Source: an uncultured virus (IMG/VR IMGVR_UViG_3300025133_005019) (taxonomy: Duplodnaviria > Heunggongvirae > Uroviricota > Caudoviricetes). Taken from it: DNA of 64,000 nt. The notes beneath the pieces were generated by a model. It was not told the origin of the DNA. It saw only the letters and a list, made by a program, of their open reading frames with translations, and ran no database searches. The translations under genes were made by a program, and so were the position numbers. Below, in pieces: positions 30,180 through 40,681 of the stretch. The DNA is taken from IMG/VR virus record IMGVR_UViG_3300025133_005019; one strand, written 5' to 3'. The number at the start of each line of letters is the position of its first letter. Position 1 is the first letter of the stretch.

Positions 30180-30890
30180 ATGTTAGACGTCTTTATGCTT
30201 ACATATGGTGAGCCCGACGCTGATGTAAATTTTAGATTACTTCAGCAAGCCGCCCCAAATGCTAAACGTATTGATAATGTAGCTGGTCTATTGGAAGCTC
30301 ATCAAGCCGCGGCAGAAGAATCAACTACAGATTACTTTTATGTCTGTGATGCTGATGCAATCATACAAGAAAACTTTCAATTTAAATTTGAACCAACCGC
30401 CAGGCGAGAAGCATACCCTGGTGTTTCTGAAACAGAATGTGTATTTACTTACCGTAGTTATAACCCTGTTAACGATCTTATATATGGGTATGGTGGACTT
30501 AAACTATTTCCTAAAAGGAACTTGCTTGCAACTAAAGAATTTAAAGTAGATATGACCACAAGCATAGGCGCACCATTTGTGTCTAAATTTGAGATTGCAA
30601 ACACTACTGCATTTAACACAGACCCATTTAATGCATGGCGAAGTGCATTTCGTGAATGTACTAAATTATCAAGTAATATCATTGATAACAACATTCAGAT
30701 CGACGATATATACAGATTGGAAGTATGGTGTACACGTGGAGAAAACAGACGCTATGGTGAATATGCAGTACTAGGAGCTCAACAAGGTAAAGAATTTGGA
30801 ACGTACTATAAAAACGACACAGATTCGTTGCGCAAAATCAATGATTGGCAATGGCTCAAGAAAACATTTGACACGGCATTCTTAGAATGA
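30180..30890 (+). CDS. GT-A glycosyltransferase-like protein (paralog of 4000-4980)
   Basis: YGEP, CDADA, YGYGGLK, AWRSAFRE. Confidence 0.6.
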   Translation: MLDVFMLTYGEPDADVNFRLLQQAAPNAKRIDNVAGLLEAHQAAAEESTTDYFYVCDADAIIQENFQFKFEPTARREAYPGVSETECVFTYRSYNPVNDLIYGYGGLKLFPKRNLLATKEFKVDMTTSIGAPFVSKFEIANTTAFNTDPFNAWRSAFRECTKLSSNIIDNNIQIDDIYRLEVWCTRGENRRYGEYAVLGAQQGKEFGTYYKNDTDSLRKINDWQWLKKTFDTAFLE

Positions 30891-31195
30891 GTCAACTTAT
30901 CGGTTTTAGGATGGATCTTATTATAGAGAATATAGAACGCAGTATGCCAGAGTTATGGACTAGTCATCTAAAAAGTAAGGCGGTAATGGCATCTGAACAT
31001 TCTCTTGGATTTTATACGGCAACGTGTTCAATATACTTGGCTGAAATTTTTATGGAATATGATTGCTATCATACTAAGGATTATTGGTTTGAAAGTGCTA
31101 GTCTAGATGAACACGGTAAGCGGTGGTTGTTTTTCAGGTTCAATGATCCAGAAGCTGCATTAATGATAAAGTTACGGGGAATTTTCTATGAGTGA
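30887..31195 (+). CDS. Hypothetical protein
   Basis: Coupled ORF ending FRFNDPEAALMIKL. Confidence 0.6.
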   Translation: MSQLIGFRMDLIIENIERSMPELWTSHLKSKAVMASEHSLGFYTATCSIYLAEIFMEYDCYHTKDYWFESASLDEHGKRWLFFRFNDPEAALMIKLRGIFYE

Positions 31196-31457
31196 TGATG
31201 ATTATGTTGAACTGACATATGCTGATTTAGAAAAATTGCTTGATGGAATGAATACCCGTGAATTACAACGTGAAGCAGCACGAGCTATAAGCACCATGTC
31301 AGCAGATAATAATAGTATCTATAAATTTAATAAAGTAGCACAGCATAATAGCTTGTTGTGGTACAAAGCAGTTATTGTGCATTATATTAGCGAATGGGGC
31401 GGATTTCCAAGCGAAGTAGGCCCTGGCCAAGAAATTAAATTAGTAATGGATGACTGA
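31188..31457 (+). CDS. Hypothetical protein
   Basis: Coupled ORF. Confidence 0.6.
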   Translation: MSDDDYVELTYADLEKLLDGMNTRELQREAARAISTMSADNNSIYKFNKVAQHNSLLWYKAVIVHYISEWGGFPSEVGPGQEIKLVMDD

Positions 31458-32545
31458 TGTATATATACGAAGATATAGAAACAGTACATTTAGAAATCAC
31501 ACAAAATTGTAGTGCCAGTTGTCCTATGTGTGATCGTAATGAAAATGGTGGCCCAGTAAATCAACATATTCGTAACTGTATTCAAGAGCTAAGTTTAGAA
31601 GACTGCAAGGATATATTCTTGCCAGAATTTGTCAGGCAATTAAAAACATTATACATGTGTGGTAATTTAGGCGATCCAATCGTAGCCAAAGATACATTAG
31701 ATGTGTTTAAATATTTGCGCAGTATTAATACAAAAATGTGGTTAAGCATGAATACTATGGCTGGTGCAAAAACGCCAGACTGGTGGGCTGAGTTAGCACG
31801 TACCATTGGTAGAAATGGTGCAGTTATTTTCAGTGTGGATGGATTAGAAGAAACAAATCACTTATACAGACAAGGTGTACAATGGGAAAATGTTGAACGC
31901 AATATGAAGGCATTCATAGCTGCAGGCGGCCGTGCTCGTTGGGACTATTTAATATTTGAGCATTCAGAGTGTGATGTAGAACGTGCAGAACAGTTAGCCA
32001 AAGAGTGGGGCGTTGAACGTTTTATGAAAAAGAAAACAGGTCGTTTCATTACTGCTAATAGCGAGTCGAAAGAAATACATCAAGCAAAGAATCGCAAAGG
32101 CATTGCCATGCAAACACTTGCCAAGCCCAAAGCCAAAGAACATCAAAATTTAGAATTATTAAAGTTAAAAGAGATCGAAAACACCTACGGTAGTATGATG
32201 GAATACTACAATAAATGTGGGATTAAATGCAAAGTAGCAAAGGAAAAAAATATATTTGTAACTGCTGAAGGTATTGTTCTTCCATGCTGTTGGACAGCCG
32301 GCAGAATGTACAAGTGGTGGCATAAAGATCCTAAAGTAGAACAAATATGGGATTTCATTGATGAAGTAGGCGGCAAAGAAATGCTAAATGCTAAATTATT
32401 TGGAATTAGGGGTGTATTTGAAACTGGTATTATGCATAATATACAGGATAGTTGGAATAAAAAATCTATAGCAGACGGAAAGCTAGGTGTTTGTGCTATG
32501 AAATGTGGTGATGAATTTGACCCATTTGGCGCACAATTTAAATAG
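31457..32545 (+). CDS. Radical SAM protein with C-terminal SPASM/twitch-like Cys
   Basis: CSASCPMC, GNLGDP, FSVDG, LPCCW, CAMKC. Confidence 0.85.
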   Translation: MYIYEDIETVHLEITQNCSASCPMCDRNENGGPVNQHIRNCIQELSLEDCKDIFLPEFVRQLKTLYMCGNLGDPIVAKDTLDVFKYLRSINTKMWLSMNTMAGAKTPDWWAELARTIGRNGAVIFSVDGLEETNHLYRQGVQWENVERNMKAFIAAGGRARWDYLIFEHSECDVERAEQLAKEWGVERFMKKKTGRFITANSESKEIHQAKNRKGIAMQTLAKPKAKEHQNLELLKLKEIENTYGSMMEYYNKCGIKCKVAKEKNIFVTAEGIVLPCCWTAGRMYKWWHKDPKVEQIWDFIDEVGGKEMLNAKLFGIRGVFETGIMHNIQDSWNKKSIADGKLGVCAMKCGDEFDPFGAQFK

Positions 32546-32557
32546 GGAGTATATAGT

Positions 32558-33508
32558 TTGGGTACAGAAATAAGTAAAAAACGACAACAAATGAACGGTA
32601 TTATAAAAAATGTAGAAAATAACTTGGATATTGCAATAGAGCTATTTTACAAAACTAACGAGCCAAGTTACCAATTCCAGATTGATCATTATAGTAATGA
32701 ATTAAAAAGTTTACGTGATGAAGTATGGAACCATGAACAACAAGAATTGGGCGCCAATATTAGAACAGAGTTAAAATTATTAAGTGTCGGCTGGGGTTTT
32801 GTAGGTAGTGCAATTGGCGAACATATTAAACCGCACATAAAAGAACATATAATTATCGATCCAGCACATAGTAGTGAAACTATACAAGACCATCCAGACG
32901 CGAACGCAGCAATTGTATGCGTACCAACACCTACGGTTGATAATGTATGTGATGATAGTATTATACAATCAGTTATTGCAGAGCTAATTGCTACCAATCC
33001 AAAAATTAAAATACTGTTAAAAAGTACTGTACCACCAGATCAGTTGCAGCATTATCCAGAAAATGTAACTTATAATCCAGAATTTTTACGCGCCAAAACC
33101 GCCAAAGAAGATTTCAAAAACCAAAAGACTTTTATACTTGGTGGACTAGATCGCAGATATTGGCATATGGTGTTTAGTTATATGGATGTTGAATTCTTAA
33201 AGACTGATCGTACTACAGCAAGTATGGTAAAATATATGCATAATACTTGGCTTGCAATGAAAGTTGCATATTTTCATGAAGTGTATAGCTTAATGGGTGA
33301 CTATTATGATCATCATGATATGATTAGGATTCTATCTACATTTGAAAATATTGGACCAAGTCATATGCAAGCACCAAATGATGAAGGCAGCCTAGGCTTT
33401 AGTGGACATTGTTTCCCTAAAGATGTTGAAGCATTTCATAATTTTACAGGTAGTGATATATTAAAAAAAATAATTGATGTAAATCACAACTTAAAACAGT
33501 ATAAATGA
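32558..33508 (+). CDS. UDP-glucose/GDP-mannose dehydrogenase-like protein with N-terminal extension
   Basis: GWGFVG, CVPTP, KSTVPP, YNPEFL, GFSGHCFPKD; start uncertain. Confidence 0.8.
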   Translation: MGTEISKKRQQMNGIIKNVENNLDIAIELFYKTNEPSYQFQIDHYSNELKSLRDEVWNHEQQELGANIRTELKLLSVGWGFVGSAIGEHIKPHIKEHIIIDPAHSSETIQDHPDANAAIVCVPTPTVDNVCDDSIIQSVIAELIATNPKIKILLKSTVPPDQLQHYPENVTYNPEFLRAKTAKEDFKNQKTFILGGLDRRYWHMVFSYMDVEFLKTDRTTASMVKYMHNTWLAMKVAYFHEVYSLMGDYYDHHDMIRILSTFENIGPSHMQAPNDEGSLGFSGHCFPKDVEAFHNFTGSDILKKIIDVNHNLKQYK

Positions 33509-33527
33509 AAATAGTTACATAAAACTA

Positions 33528-33556
33528 TTGACTAACTAGTAATTCTATTGTATACT
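33528..33556 (+). promoter_or_regulatory. sigma70-type promoter
   Basis: TTGACT-17-TATACT, AAGGAG RBS downstream. Confidence 0.75.
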
Positions 33557-33585
33557 GATTGTTAATATAAACAAAGGAGAAGTAA

Positions 33586-34335
33586 ATGACCACACGTGAC
33601 GTAGTTCAAGATGTCGTAAAACATACGGCTGGCTTGGGATTTATCCAAGCAGTGAAAGTAACCGGCAATGAGTCTGAGACAGTACTTGATGCAATGGATA
33701 CTGATCGCACCGTAATTATGCGAGCAGTCTTGCATAACAATGTTCCAGAATTAGCTGGAGAATTTGGATTAGGCAATCTAGGCTTTTTAGCTGGGGTTAC
33801 CTCGTTGCCAAATTATCAAGCAGAAGATGCAACAGTTGATGTTGTTAATCGAGATCGTAATGGAATTAGTGTTCCAGATCATTTGCTATTTAAAGATGCT
33901 GATGGCAACACTGACCAATATCGATTTATGAGTAAAGAAATCATTGAACAAACACTGCAAACAGTTAAGTTCAAAGGTACTGAGTGGGATGTTACCATTG
34001 AGCCCACAAAACAGAAAGTTAGCGAGCTTCAACAAGTTGCCAATATTTACGGCGGCATTGAACCAAACTTTACAGTTAAGACTGAAAATGGTAATCTGGT
34101 TCTTACAGTTGGTGCTAGTGATGGATCATTTACAGGTAAACGAACTTTTGCCAATAATGTAAATGGTGATATGAAAGAAGGATATAGTTGGCCACTTGCA
34201 CAAGTGTTAGCTATTCTAAAATTAGGCATGAGCGGATCATGCGTAATGCAGTTTAGCCAACGTGGCGCGTTACAAATCAGTGTCGATAGTGGCATTGGTA
34301 AATATGATTATATTCTTCCAGCTATGACGGTATAA
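33586..34335 (+). CDS. Probable DNA polymerase sliding clamp (gp45/PCNA-like)
   Basis: 249 aa with a two-domain beta/alpha pattern (LDAMD.DRTV, C-terminal YDYILPA) resembling PCNA-type clamps. Confidence 0.55.
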   Translation: MTTRDVVQDVVKHTAGLGFIQAVKVTGNESETVLDAMDTDRTVIMRAVLHNNVPELAGEFGLGNLGFLAGVTSLPNYQAEDATVDVVNRDRNGISVPDHLLFKDADGNTDQYRFMSKEIIEQTLQTVKFKGTEWDVTIEPTKQKVSELQQVANIYGGIEPNFTVKTENGNLVLTVGASDGSFTGKRTFANNVNGDMKEGYSWPLAQVLAILKLGMSGSCVMQFSQRGALQISVDSGIGKYDYILPAMTV

Positions 34336-34351
34336 CGAGGAGAATAAATAC

Positions 34352-34561
34352 ATGGCAACAATTCAAAAACTTAATAATCAAATGGAGCGTCTAGTACGCA
34401 AACATCGTCGACTAGATATTGAAATTAAAAATCAATTTCAATCTGGTCATTATGACGATCTTGAATTAGGTGAAATGAAAAAGCGAAAACTACAAATGCG
34501 TGAAGAAATAGTATCTATAGACAAGCAAATTTGTGATGTTTTGCGTAAACAAAATGCTTGA
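34352..34561 (+). CDS. YdcH/DUF465-like coiled-coil protein
   Basis: HRRLDIEI...MKKRKLQMREEI. Confidence 0.7.
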   Translation: MATIQKLNNQMERLVRKHRRLDIEIKNQFQSGHYDDLELGEMKKRKLQMREEIVSIDKQICDVLRKQNA

Positions 34562-34586
34562 CATATTTGATAATATCAAGTATATT
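34558..34586 (+). promoter_or_regulatory. sigma70-type promoter
   Basis: TTGACA-17-TATATT. Confidence 0.65.
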
Positions 34587-34625
34587 AAATAAAACACATT
34601 GTTAAAACACTATAGGAGAATTACA

Positions 34626-34787
34626 ATGGCAAAGAAAATTCGTTTAATCGACGATGAAACCGAAACAACTGGATCAGCGTTTACTGCTGCTGATATTAAG
34701 CAATTAATGAAGTTTGCAGAAGCAATTGACTGGAAACTTTGGGAAATATTAAAGCTTGTTCGTGAAAGTAAAGAAGAAGACGAGTAA
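34626..34787 (+). CDS. Small hypothetical protein
   Basis: AGGAG RBS before ATG 34626; IDWKLWE. Confidence 0.65.
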   Translation: MAKKIRLIDDETETTGSAFTAADIKQLMKFAEAIDWKLWEILKLVRESKEEDE

Positions 34788-34809
34788 TAATTTAAACCAG
34801 GAGTAAGAC

Positions 34810-35205
34810 ATGAGTCAACTAGTAGTTGCAAAGCGTGAAGTTTGGGTTAATTGGTCAAAGGAAGGAATTCATTTCTATCCAGGTGCTGACACTGATCCAA
34901 AACTTGCGACTGGTGAATGGGACGATGTATCATTCTTAGGAGTGCCTCATCGTCATATATTCCATTTTAATGTTTCGATCGAAGTAGAACATAACGATCG
35001 TGACATTGAATTTATTCAGCTTAAACGCTGGATTGATCGTCTATATTCTCAGGGAACCCTGGAATTAGACTACAAGAGTTGTGAAATGATGGCTGAGGAT
35101 TTAGCACAAGAAATTACCAAACGCTATCCAGGCCGCAATTTTAAAGTTACCGTTAGCGAAGATAACGAAAACGGTGCAACTCTAACTTTCAAAGTCAACC
35201 CTTAA
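34810..35205 (+). CDS. queD: QueD/PTPS-like T-fold enzyme (6-carboxytetrahydropterin synthase-like)
   Basis: GIH...PHRHIFH, SCEMMA, VSEDNENGA; next to TGT-like and folE genes. Confidence 0.7.
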   Translation: MSQLVVAKREVWVNWSKEGIHFYPGADTDPKLATGEWDDVSFLGVPHRHIFHFNVSIEVEHNDRDIEFIQLKRWIDRLYSQGTLELDYKSCEMMAEDLAQEITKRYPGRNFKVTVSEDNENGATLTFKVNP

Positions 35206-35220
35206 TCAAGGACTATAATA

Positions 35221-35547
35221 ATGACAACCAAAGCCCAACCAAGATTGACCATTTCAGGGTCTTATACAATTTCTGATATTAAATATGATTTGTTGAAAAT
35301 CATAGCCCCGTATGATGGTTATATGTTTAATCGAAAAGATACTGAGCAAGTTCGTAGCTTGTTTAATTCCTATCTTGGCGATCTAAAGTTTACTGGTAAA
35401 ATCAAAGAGTATAATATTTATTATACAGTCAAGGATAACGCCATAACTTTTGATGTTGGTATTAAAATATATCGAGATCGAGCAACCAAGAAGCTAAAAA
35501 TTCATGTTGGTACGCTCCAATATCCATTAACAAAAGTAAAGAAATAA
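35221..35547 (+). CDS. Hypothetical protein
   Basis: ORF with AAGGA RBS. Confidence 0.6.
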   Translation: MTTKAQPRLTISGSYTISDIKYDLLKIIAPYDGYMFNRKDTEQVRSLFNSYLGDLKFTGKIKEYNIYYTVKDNAITFDVGIKIYRDRATKKLKIHVGTLQYPLTKVKK

Positions 35548-35559
35548 ATTTATGTAATT

Positions 35560-35593
35560 GAAAAACTTCCACGGTGAACCATGGAAGTTTTCA
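35560..35593. terminator. Hairpin/intrinsic terminator
   Basis: AAAACTTCCA-cGGtgaaCCa-TGGAAGTTTT. Confidence 0.65.
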
Positions 35594-35601
35594 TGCAAGT
35601 C

Positions 35602-35630
35602 TTGACTTTTGCTTTGTTTTATGGTATAAT
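35602..35630 (+). promoter_or_regulatory. sigma70-type promoter
   Basis: TTGACT-17-TATAAT with TG extension. Confidence 0.8.
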
Positions 35631-35653
35631 ATACTAAACCTGAGGAATAATAT

Positions 35654-37162
35654 ATGACAGGAACAACCGTCGATCTAACTGCTCGCAATAAAGATTATGC
35701 TATCTTTTTACCCAGCATCAGTACATTTTATAATAATTACATTGCGAAGCAACGATCTAATCCTGATTTTATCAGTAATGACCGAATGCCAGATGGATTT
35801 GAAAATGGCATGGAAGGCATGAACTTCCTTAATCGTGATCAAGCACACTTTCCATATAAGTGGGGATTGTATTCTGCTGGCCATGCACAATTAAATCTAG
35901 ATAAAGCAGATACAGATGATGCCATGGTCCAACAACGCGACAGAGACAATACATTTATGCTCTGTGATAGTGGCGGATTTCAAATTATCAAAGGCGTTAT
36001 CAAATGTGATTGGAAAAACTTCAAAACAGATGATAGCTTACGCCATAAAATTTTAAATTGGTTAGAACATACTGGTGACTACAGTATGATATTGGACATA
36101 CCAACTCTTGCTGCTGATCCAACATTTACAGAACGCACAGGTATTACTAGTTTTAACCAATGTCTAGAGTTTACTAATCACAACGTAGAATGGTTTAAAC
36201 GCAATCGCAAGTATCAAACTAAGTATCTTAATGTAATGCAAGGCCGCAACTGGGCCGAGGCTGAACATTGGTATGATACTATGAAGCATCATGATCTTGA
36301 AGGATTTGCCTTTGGTGGCAGTGCTAAAAATGACATTAATATTGTACTTCGCACATTAATTAAGATGCGTGATGATGGCCAACTAGAAAAAGGAAAACGT
36401 GATGTTCTTCACTATCTAGGTATTAGCCGTCTTGAGTGGGCAATGGCTTATACTGCAATTAAACGCGCTTTGCGTGAAACAGTGAATTCAGATATTGAAG
36501 TTATGTTTGATTGTGCTAGTCCGTTCTTAGCAACGGCGAACGGTACATTATATACACAACACATTCATAAGAATGATCGCTTTATGTATGTAATGGAAAA
36601 AGCTATGGATAACAAGATCTTTAGCGGAAGTGATAAACCGTTTCCTTGGGGCAGTCCAATTGGTGAGCGTATGACGTTAGGTGATGTTTGCCATTATGGT
36701 CCAGGTATGCTAAACAAAATTGGTAAAGAAGGTAAAACATCATGGGATAGCTTTAGCTACATGTTGTTAATGTCACATAATGTATTCCAGCATATTGAAA
36801 GTGTTCAACGTGCCAATGCATTAACTGATATTGTAGCAGCACAGTTTGATACTAGTCATAAGACTTGGCAGAAACTAACACCAAAACAACAAAAGCAACA
36901 ACAATTTGATCCGTATGTCCCTCGTAACATTGTTTATATGGTTAACTTCATTGAAGAATTATTTCGCAGTGAAACACCTATGCAAATGCTTGATGAAGCA
37001 GCACCAATGTTAGCAAACTTTAACGGACAAAAGACATTGACAAATACAACAAATAGCTTTAATAGCTTATTTGATGTTGACGATAATTTGCTTGATGAAG
37101 AAGAAATGTCAGCAGAAGCAGAAGAAGCTGCTGAAGAATTTCTAGAAACATTAGAGGTATAA
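35654..37162 (+). CDS. TGT/DpdA-like guanine transglycosylase
   Basis: DSGGFQ, LDIP, VMQG, GFAFGG, HYLG, FDC in TGT order; no CxCxxC Zn motif; acidic tail. Confidence 0.75.
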   Translation: MTGTTVDLTARNKDYAIFLPSISTFYNNYIAKQRSNPDFISNDRMPDGFENGMEGMNFLNRDQAHFPYKWGLYSAGHAQLNLDKADTDDAMVQQRDRDNTFMLCDSGGFQIIKGVIKCDWKNFKTDDSLRHKILNWLEHTGDYSMILDIPTLAADPTFTERTGITSFNQCLEFTNHNVEWFKRNRKYQTKYLNVMQGRNWAEAEHWYDTMKHHDLEGFAFGGSAKNDINIVLRTLIKMRDDGQLEKGKRDVLHYLGISRLEWAMAYTAIKRALRETVNSDIEVMFDCASPFLATANGTLYTQHIHKNDRFMYVMEKAMDNKIFSGSDKPFPWGSPIGERMTLGDVCHYGPGMLNKIGKEGKTSWDSFSYMLLMSHNVFQHIESVQRANALTDIVAAQFDTSHKTWQKLTPKQQKQQQFDPYVPRNIVYMVNFIEELFRSETPMQMLDEAAPMLANFNGQKTLTNTTNSFNSLFDVDDNLLDEEEMSAEAEEAAEEFLETLEV

Positions 37163-37163
37163 T

Positions 37164-37937
37164 ATGTCAAACACAACTGTATTAGTTACAGGCGGATTTG
37201 ATCCAATTCATAGTGGTCATATTGCATATTTAGAGGCAGCAAAGCAACTAATTCCTGGTGCAAGACTAGTTGTTGGAGTTAACAGCGATGCTTGGCTTTG
37301 CCGCAAAAAAGGACAAGGATTTATGCCTTGGTCTGAACGGTCAGCTATTGCAAACGCCCTTGGTTGTGTAGATGAAGTTATAAGTTTTTGTGATGATGAC
37401 GGCAGTGCTATTGATGCTATTAAACAAGTATTGGATACACTGCCAGCGAGTGATAGCCTTGTATTTGCTAATGGTGGTGACAGAGAAGCTGACAACATTC
37501 CAGAAATGAAAATTTCAGATCCTCGATTGTCATTTGAGTTTGCTGTTGGCGGCGACGATAAGAAAAATAGTAGTAGTTGGATTCTTAAAGAATGGAGCCA
37601 ACCTACTACAACACGGTCATGGGGTAGTTATACTGTATTGCATAAAGGCTCTGGTTGGCAAGTTAAAGAACTTGCGTTTGGAGCACATCAGCCATTAAGC
37701 GATCAACGTCATTTTAATCGCAGTGAGCATTGGCATGTTATTGAAGGTAAAATTCGCATGGACTTAGAGTTTGCTAACGGAGATTGTGAAAGCAAAACAT
37801 ATAGTCCAGGTGATAGCATTGATATTCCTGTTTTAACATGGCATAAAGCATACAATGTAGGAGAGTGTACGGCAAAAGTTATTGAAGTTTGGATGGGAAC
37901 CAGCCTTACTGAAAATGACATTGAACGGAGAGACTAG
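37164..37937 (+). CDS. Cytidylyltransferase-like domain fused to type II mannose-6-P-isomerase-like cupin
   Basis: TGGFDPIHSGH, GVNSD, FANGGDR; RSWGSY, QRHFNRSEHW. Confidence 0.85.
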   Translation: MSNTTVLVTGGFDPIHSGHIAYLEAAKQLIPGARLVVGVNSDAWLCRKKGQGFMPWSERSAIANALGCVDEVISFCDDDGSAIDAIKQVLDTLPASDSLVFANGGDREADNIPEMKISDPRLSFEFAVGGDDKKNSSSWILKEWSQPTTTRSWGSYTVLHKGSGWQVKELAFGAHQPLSDQRHFNRSEHWHVIEGKIRMDLEFANGDCESKTYSPGDSIDIPVLTWHKAYNVGECTAKVIEVWMGTSLTENDIERRD

Positions 37938-37939
37938 CA

Positions 37940-38215
37940 TTGATTATCAAGGAAGCGATTTGGTTTAAATCTGTGACAGAAGTAGAGTTTATAATTGCTG
38001 ATATTAATGACTTTAGGCAGTCTACAATTTTAAGTGAATTTTCATTTACTGATATAGGAAAGTTTGTATTGGGGCTTGGTGCAGCAATCTCAATGGGAGT
38101 TGATTATAATCCACTTAAACTAACACATAATTTTATAGTATTTGGGCATTTTGATCATGAGCAACATAGAGAATATGAAAAATATGCAATGCTCAACAAA
38201 CTATCAGGAGAATAA
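37940..38215 (+). CDS. Hypothetical protein
   Basis: ORF filling the operon gap, TTG start. Confidence 0.5.
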   Translation: MIIKEAIWFKSVTEVEFIIADINDFRQSTILSEFSFTDIGKFVLGLGAAISMGVDYNPLKLTHNFIVFGHFDHEQHREYEKYAMLNKLSGE

Positions 38216-38219
38216 TTTA

Positions 38220-39296
38220 ATGAATACAATTTGGATTGTATGCTTAGAACCAATTGACCAGCGTTACACAAAGCAATGGTATGATAACATTCCAGCCATA
38301 CTGAAAACACGTATTGCAGAACGTGAACTTGATTATAACGTAGTTACTATTGAAGGTCAGGCAATTGCTGAAAATACTACTCCAGGCGCATTTTTGGATT
38401 TTGGTGCAACCAACGTATATAAATCAAGCCAAGCAATGGCAGTAAGTCAGGCATTTAGCGATGGCTTAATCAAGCCAGGTGACAAGTTTTTAATTACGGA
38501 CGCTTGGAATTTTATTATTACACCAATCAAATACATGAGTGATTTGTTAGATATTCCTGTTGAAATCCACAGTATTTGGCATGCTGGTGCTTATGATCCA
38601 AGTGATATTTTAGGGTATAAAATGAGCAAGCCATGGCCATGGCTTCAAGAACAGAGCTGGTTTATGTGTAGTGATTATAATTACTATGCTACAGAAAGTC
38701 ATAAAAACATGTTTCTTACAAACTTAGATATCCCAGCTGATTATCGCAATCGTGCAGTACGTAGTGGCCAACCGCATGAGCTTATTGTTGACAATTTATG
38801 CAAGCGTCAGACAAATAAAAAGACCGACACAGTATTGTGGCCGCATCGATATAATGATGACAAACAACCAGAAATTGCAGAGCTACTTGCTGAAGATTTT
38901 GACATGATTATTACACAAAAAATGTCGTTAGAGAAAGAAGCATATTATGATACTATGTCAACGTGCAAGGTTATTTTTAGTTGTGCATTACATGAAAACT
39001 TAGGCATTAGTGTTATGGAAGCGGTACTAACTGGTGCAATTCCTGTATTGCCAGATCGTTGTAGCTACAGTGAAATGTATTTGCCAGAATTTAAGTATCC
39101 AAGTGAATGGACTGAGTCAGTAGAGCAGTATAAGATACATGCTACTGATCTTAAAGAATTTATACAAGACAAATTAGATAATTATGACCAATATAAGGAA
39201 TTGATTAAACAACAACAAGAACGTTTGGTTAGTGATTATTTGAATTGCGATATTATGATTGACTGCTTATTAGAAAAAAGCGAATGTAATCAATAA
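38220..39296 (+). CDS. GT-B (GT4-like) glycosyltransferase
   Basis: WPHR..DKQP, HENLGISVMEA..GAIPVLPD; CAGGAG RBS before ATG 38220. Confidence 0.75.
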   Translation: MNTIWIVCLEPIDQRYTKQWYDNIPAILKTRIAERELDYNVVTIEGQAIAENTTPGAFLDFGATNVYKSSQAMAVSQAFSDGLIKPGDKFLITDAWNFIITPIKYMSDLLDIPVEIHSIWHAGAYDPSDILGYKMSKPWPWLQEQSWFMCSDYNYYATESHKNMFLTNLDIPADYRNRAVRSGQPHELIVDNLCKRQTNKKTDTVLWPHRYNDDKQPEIAELLAEDFDMIITQKMSLEKEAYYDTMSTCKVIFSCALHENLGISVMEAVLTGAIPVLPDRCSYSEMYLPEFKYPSEWTESVEQYKIHATDLKEFIQDKLDNYDQYKELIKQQQERLVSDYLNCDIMIDCLLEKSECNQ

Positions 39297-39300
39297 GTTG

Positions 39301-39329
39301 TTGACATAATATATTATTGATTATATAAT
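39301..39329 (+). promoter_or_regulatory. sigma70-type promoter
   Basis: Perfect TTGACA-17-TATAAT. Confidence 0.85.
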
Positions 39330-39380
39330 ATATACTGAAAAATAGAATATTTTAACTTTATAGAGGAGAACCTAAGCATT

Positions 39381-40082
39381 ATGGATAAAATATCAAAAGT
39401 AATTAAAACTCGGCTAGAAAAAGCAGACAAGCGACACTTTGCCGCTGACAACATTAGTGAATTTATTAAAGACGGTGAAAAAGAAGAATTGATCTCTGAA
39501 TTAACAGAGCAATTTGAACAAGTTCTAGACAGTTTGGTTATCGATCGATTTAATGATCCAAATAGCATGGATACTGGCCGCCGTTTGGCTAAGATGTATA
39601 TTAACGAGATTATGGCAGGGCGGTATGATCCAGCGCCCAGCGCAACTGCATTTCCAAATGAACCAAATCATGTCACAAATGAAAAATATGACGGTATGTT
39701 AGTTGTACGTAGTGAACTTAAAAGCATGTGCAGTCACCATCACCAACCAGTTACTGGTATTGCATATATTGGTATTATTGCTGCTGATACACTGATTGGC
39801 CTCAGTAAGTATACACGGATTGCGCAGTGGTGTGCTAGACGCGGCACTTTGCAGGAGGAATTGGCCATGGATATTAATCGTGAAATACGTACTGCAACAG
39901 GCAGTGACGACGTTGGCGTTTACATTCAAGCAATCCATGGTTGTTGTGAGAATCGTGGTATTATGGCGCATAGTTCGTTGACACAGACATCAGTACTAAA
40001 AGGGAGTTTCCACACTGACCCAGGTACTAAGAAAGAGTTCTTTGATAATATCAAGTTACAGCAAGAGTTTGCGCCGCGATAA
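39381..40082 (+). CDS. folE: GTP cyclohydrolase I
   Basis: SMCSHH, GLSKY.R, LQEE, HGCCENRG. Confidence 0.93.
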   Translation: MDKISKVIKTRLEKADKRHFAADNISEFIKDGEKEELISELTEQFEQVLDSLVIDRFNDPNSMDTGRRLAKMYINEIMAGRYDPAPSATAFPNEPNHVTNEKYDGMLVVRSELKSMCSHHHQPVTGIAYIGIIAADTLIGLSKYTRIAQWCARRGTLQEELAMDINREIRTATGSDDVGVYIQAIHGCCENRGIMAHSSLTQTSVLKGSFHTDPGTKKEFFDNIKLQQEFAPR

Positions 40083-40132
40083 ATTATCTTGAAATATGTA
40101 GAATTAAAAAATAACAATTGTGAAGGAGATCA

Positions 40133-40681
40133 ATGATGGGAACAAAAAGTAATAAAGTATATTATACGTGGAAAGATGTTGAACACATGATTATGGTTAT
40201 CAATAATCTAATGTATGCCGATAATTGGCGTCCAGATTATATTGTTGGAATTACGCGAGGCGGTTTGCCAGTATCTACAATATTAAGTAATATGACTAAT
40301 ATTCCAATGTATACGTTGGATGTTCGTTTTCGTGATAATGAAACTGGCTTGCTAGAACCAGAAAGTAATAGTTGGATGGCTAACGATGCGTTTGGTTATA
40401 ATCATGACAATACACAGAAAAATATACTTATTGTAGATGATATTAACGATTCAGGCAAAACGTTAGAGTGGATTAAAAAAGATTGGCGAACCATGTGCCA
40501 GCCGTCTAGCTCGCGATGGGATGAAGTTTGGGGCCAAAATGTTCGCTTCGCAACGTTAATTGATAATGATGCTAGTTCATTTAATGAGGTTGATTATACC
40601 GCACAGGAAATTAACAAGGCAGAAGATCCAACTTGGATTGTTTTCCCTTGGGAAGGTGAACGCAATTATGGCAAAGCATAA
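40133..40681 (+). CDS. Type I phosphoribosyltransferase (Gpt/Hpt-like)
   Basis: GITRGG, LIVDDINDSGKT, WIVFPWE. Confidence 0.88.
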   Translation: MMGTKSNKVYYTWKDVEHMIMVINNLMYADNWRPDYIVGITRGGLPVSTILSNMTNIPMYTLDVRFRDNETGLLEPESNSWMANDAFGYNHDNTQKNILIVDDINDSGKTLEWIKKDWRTMCQPSSSRWDEVWGQNVRFATLIDNDASSFNEVDYTAQEINKAEDPTWIVFPWEGERNYGKA

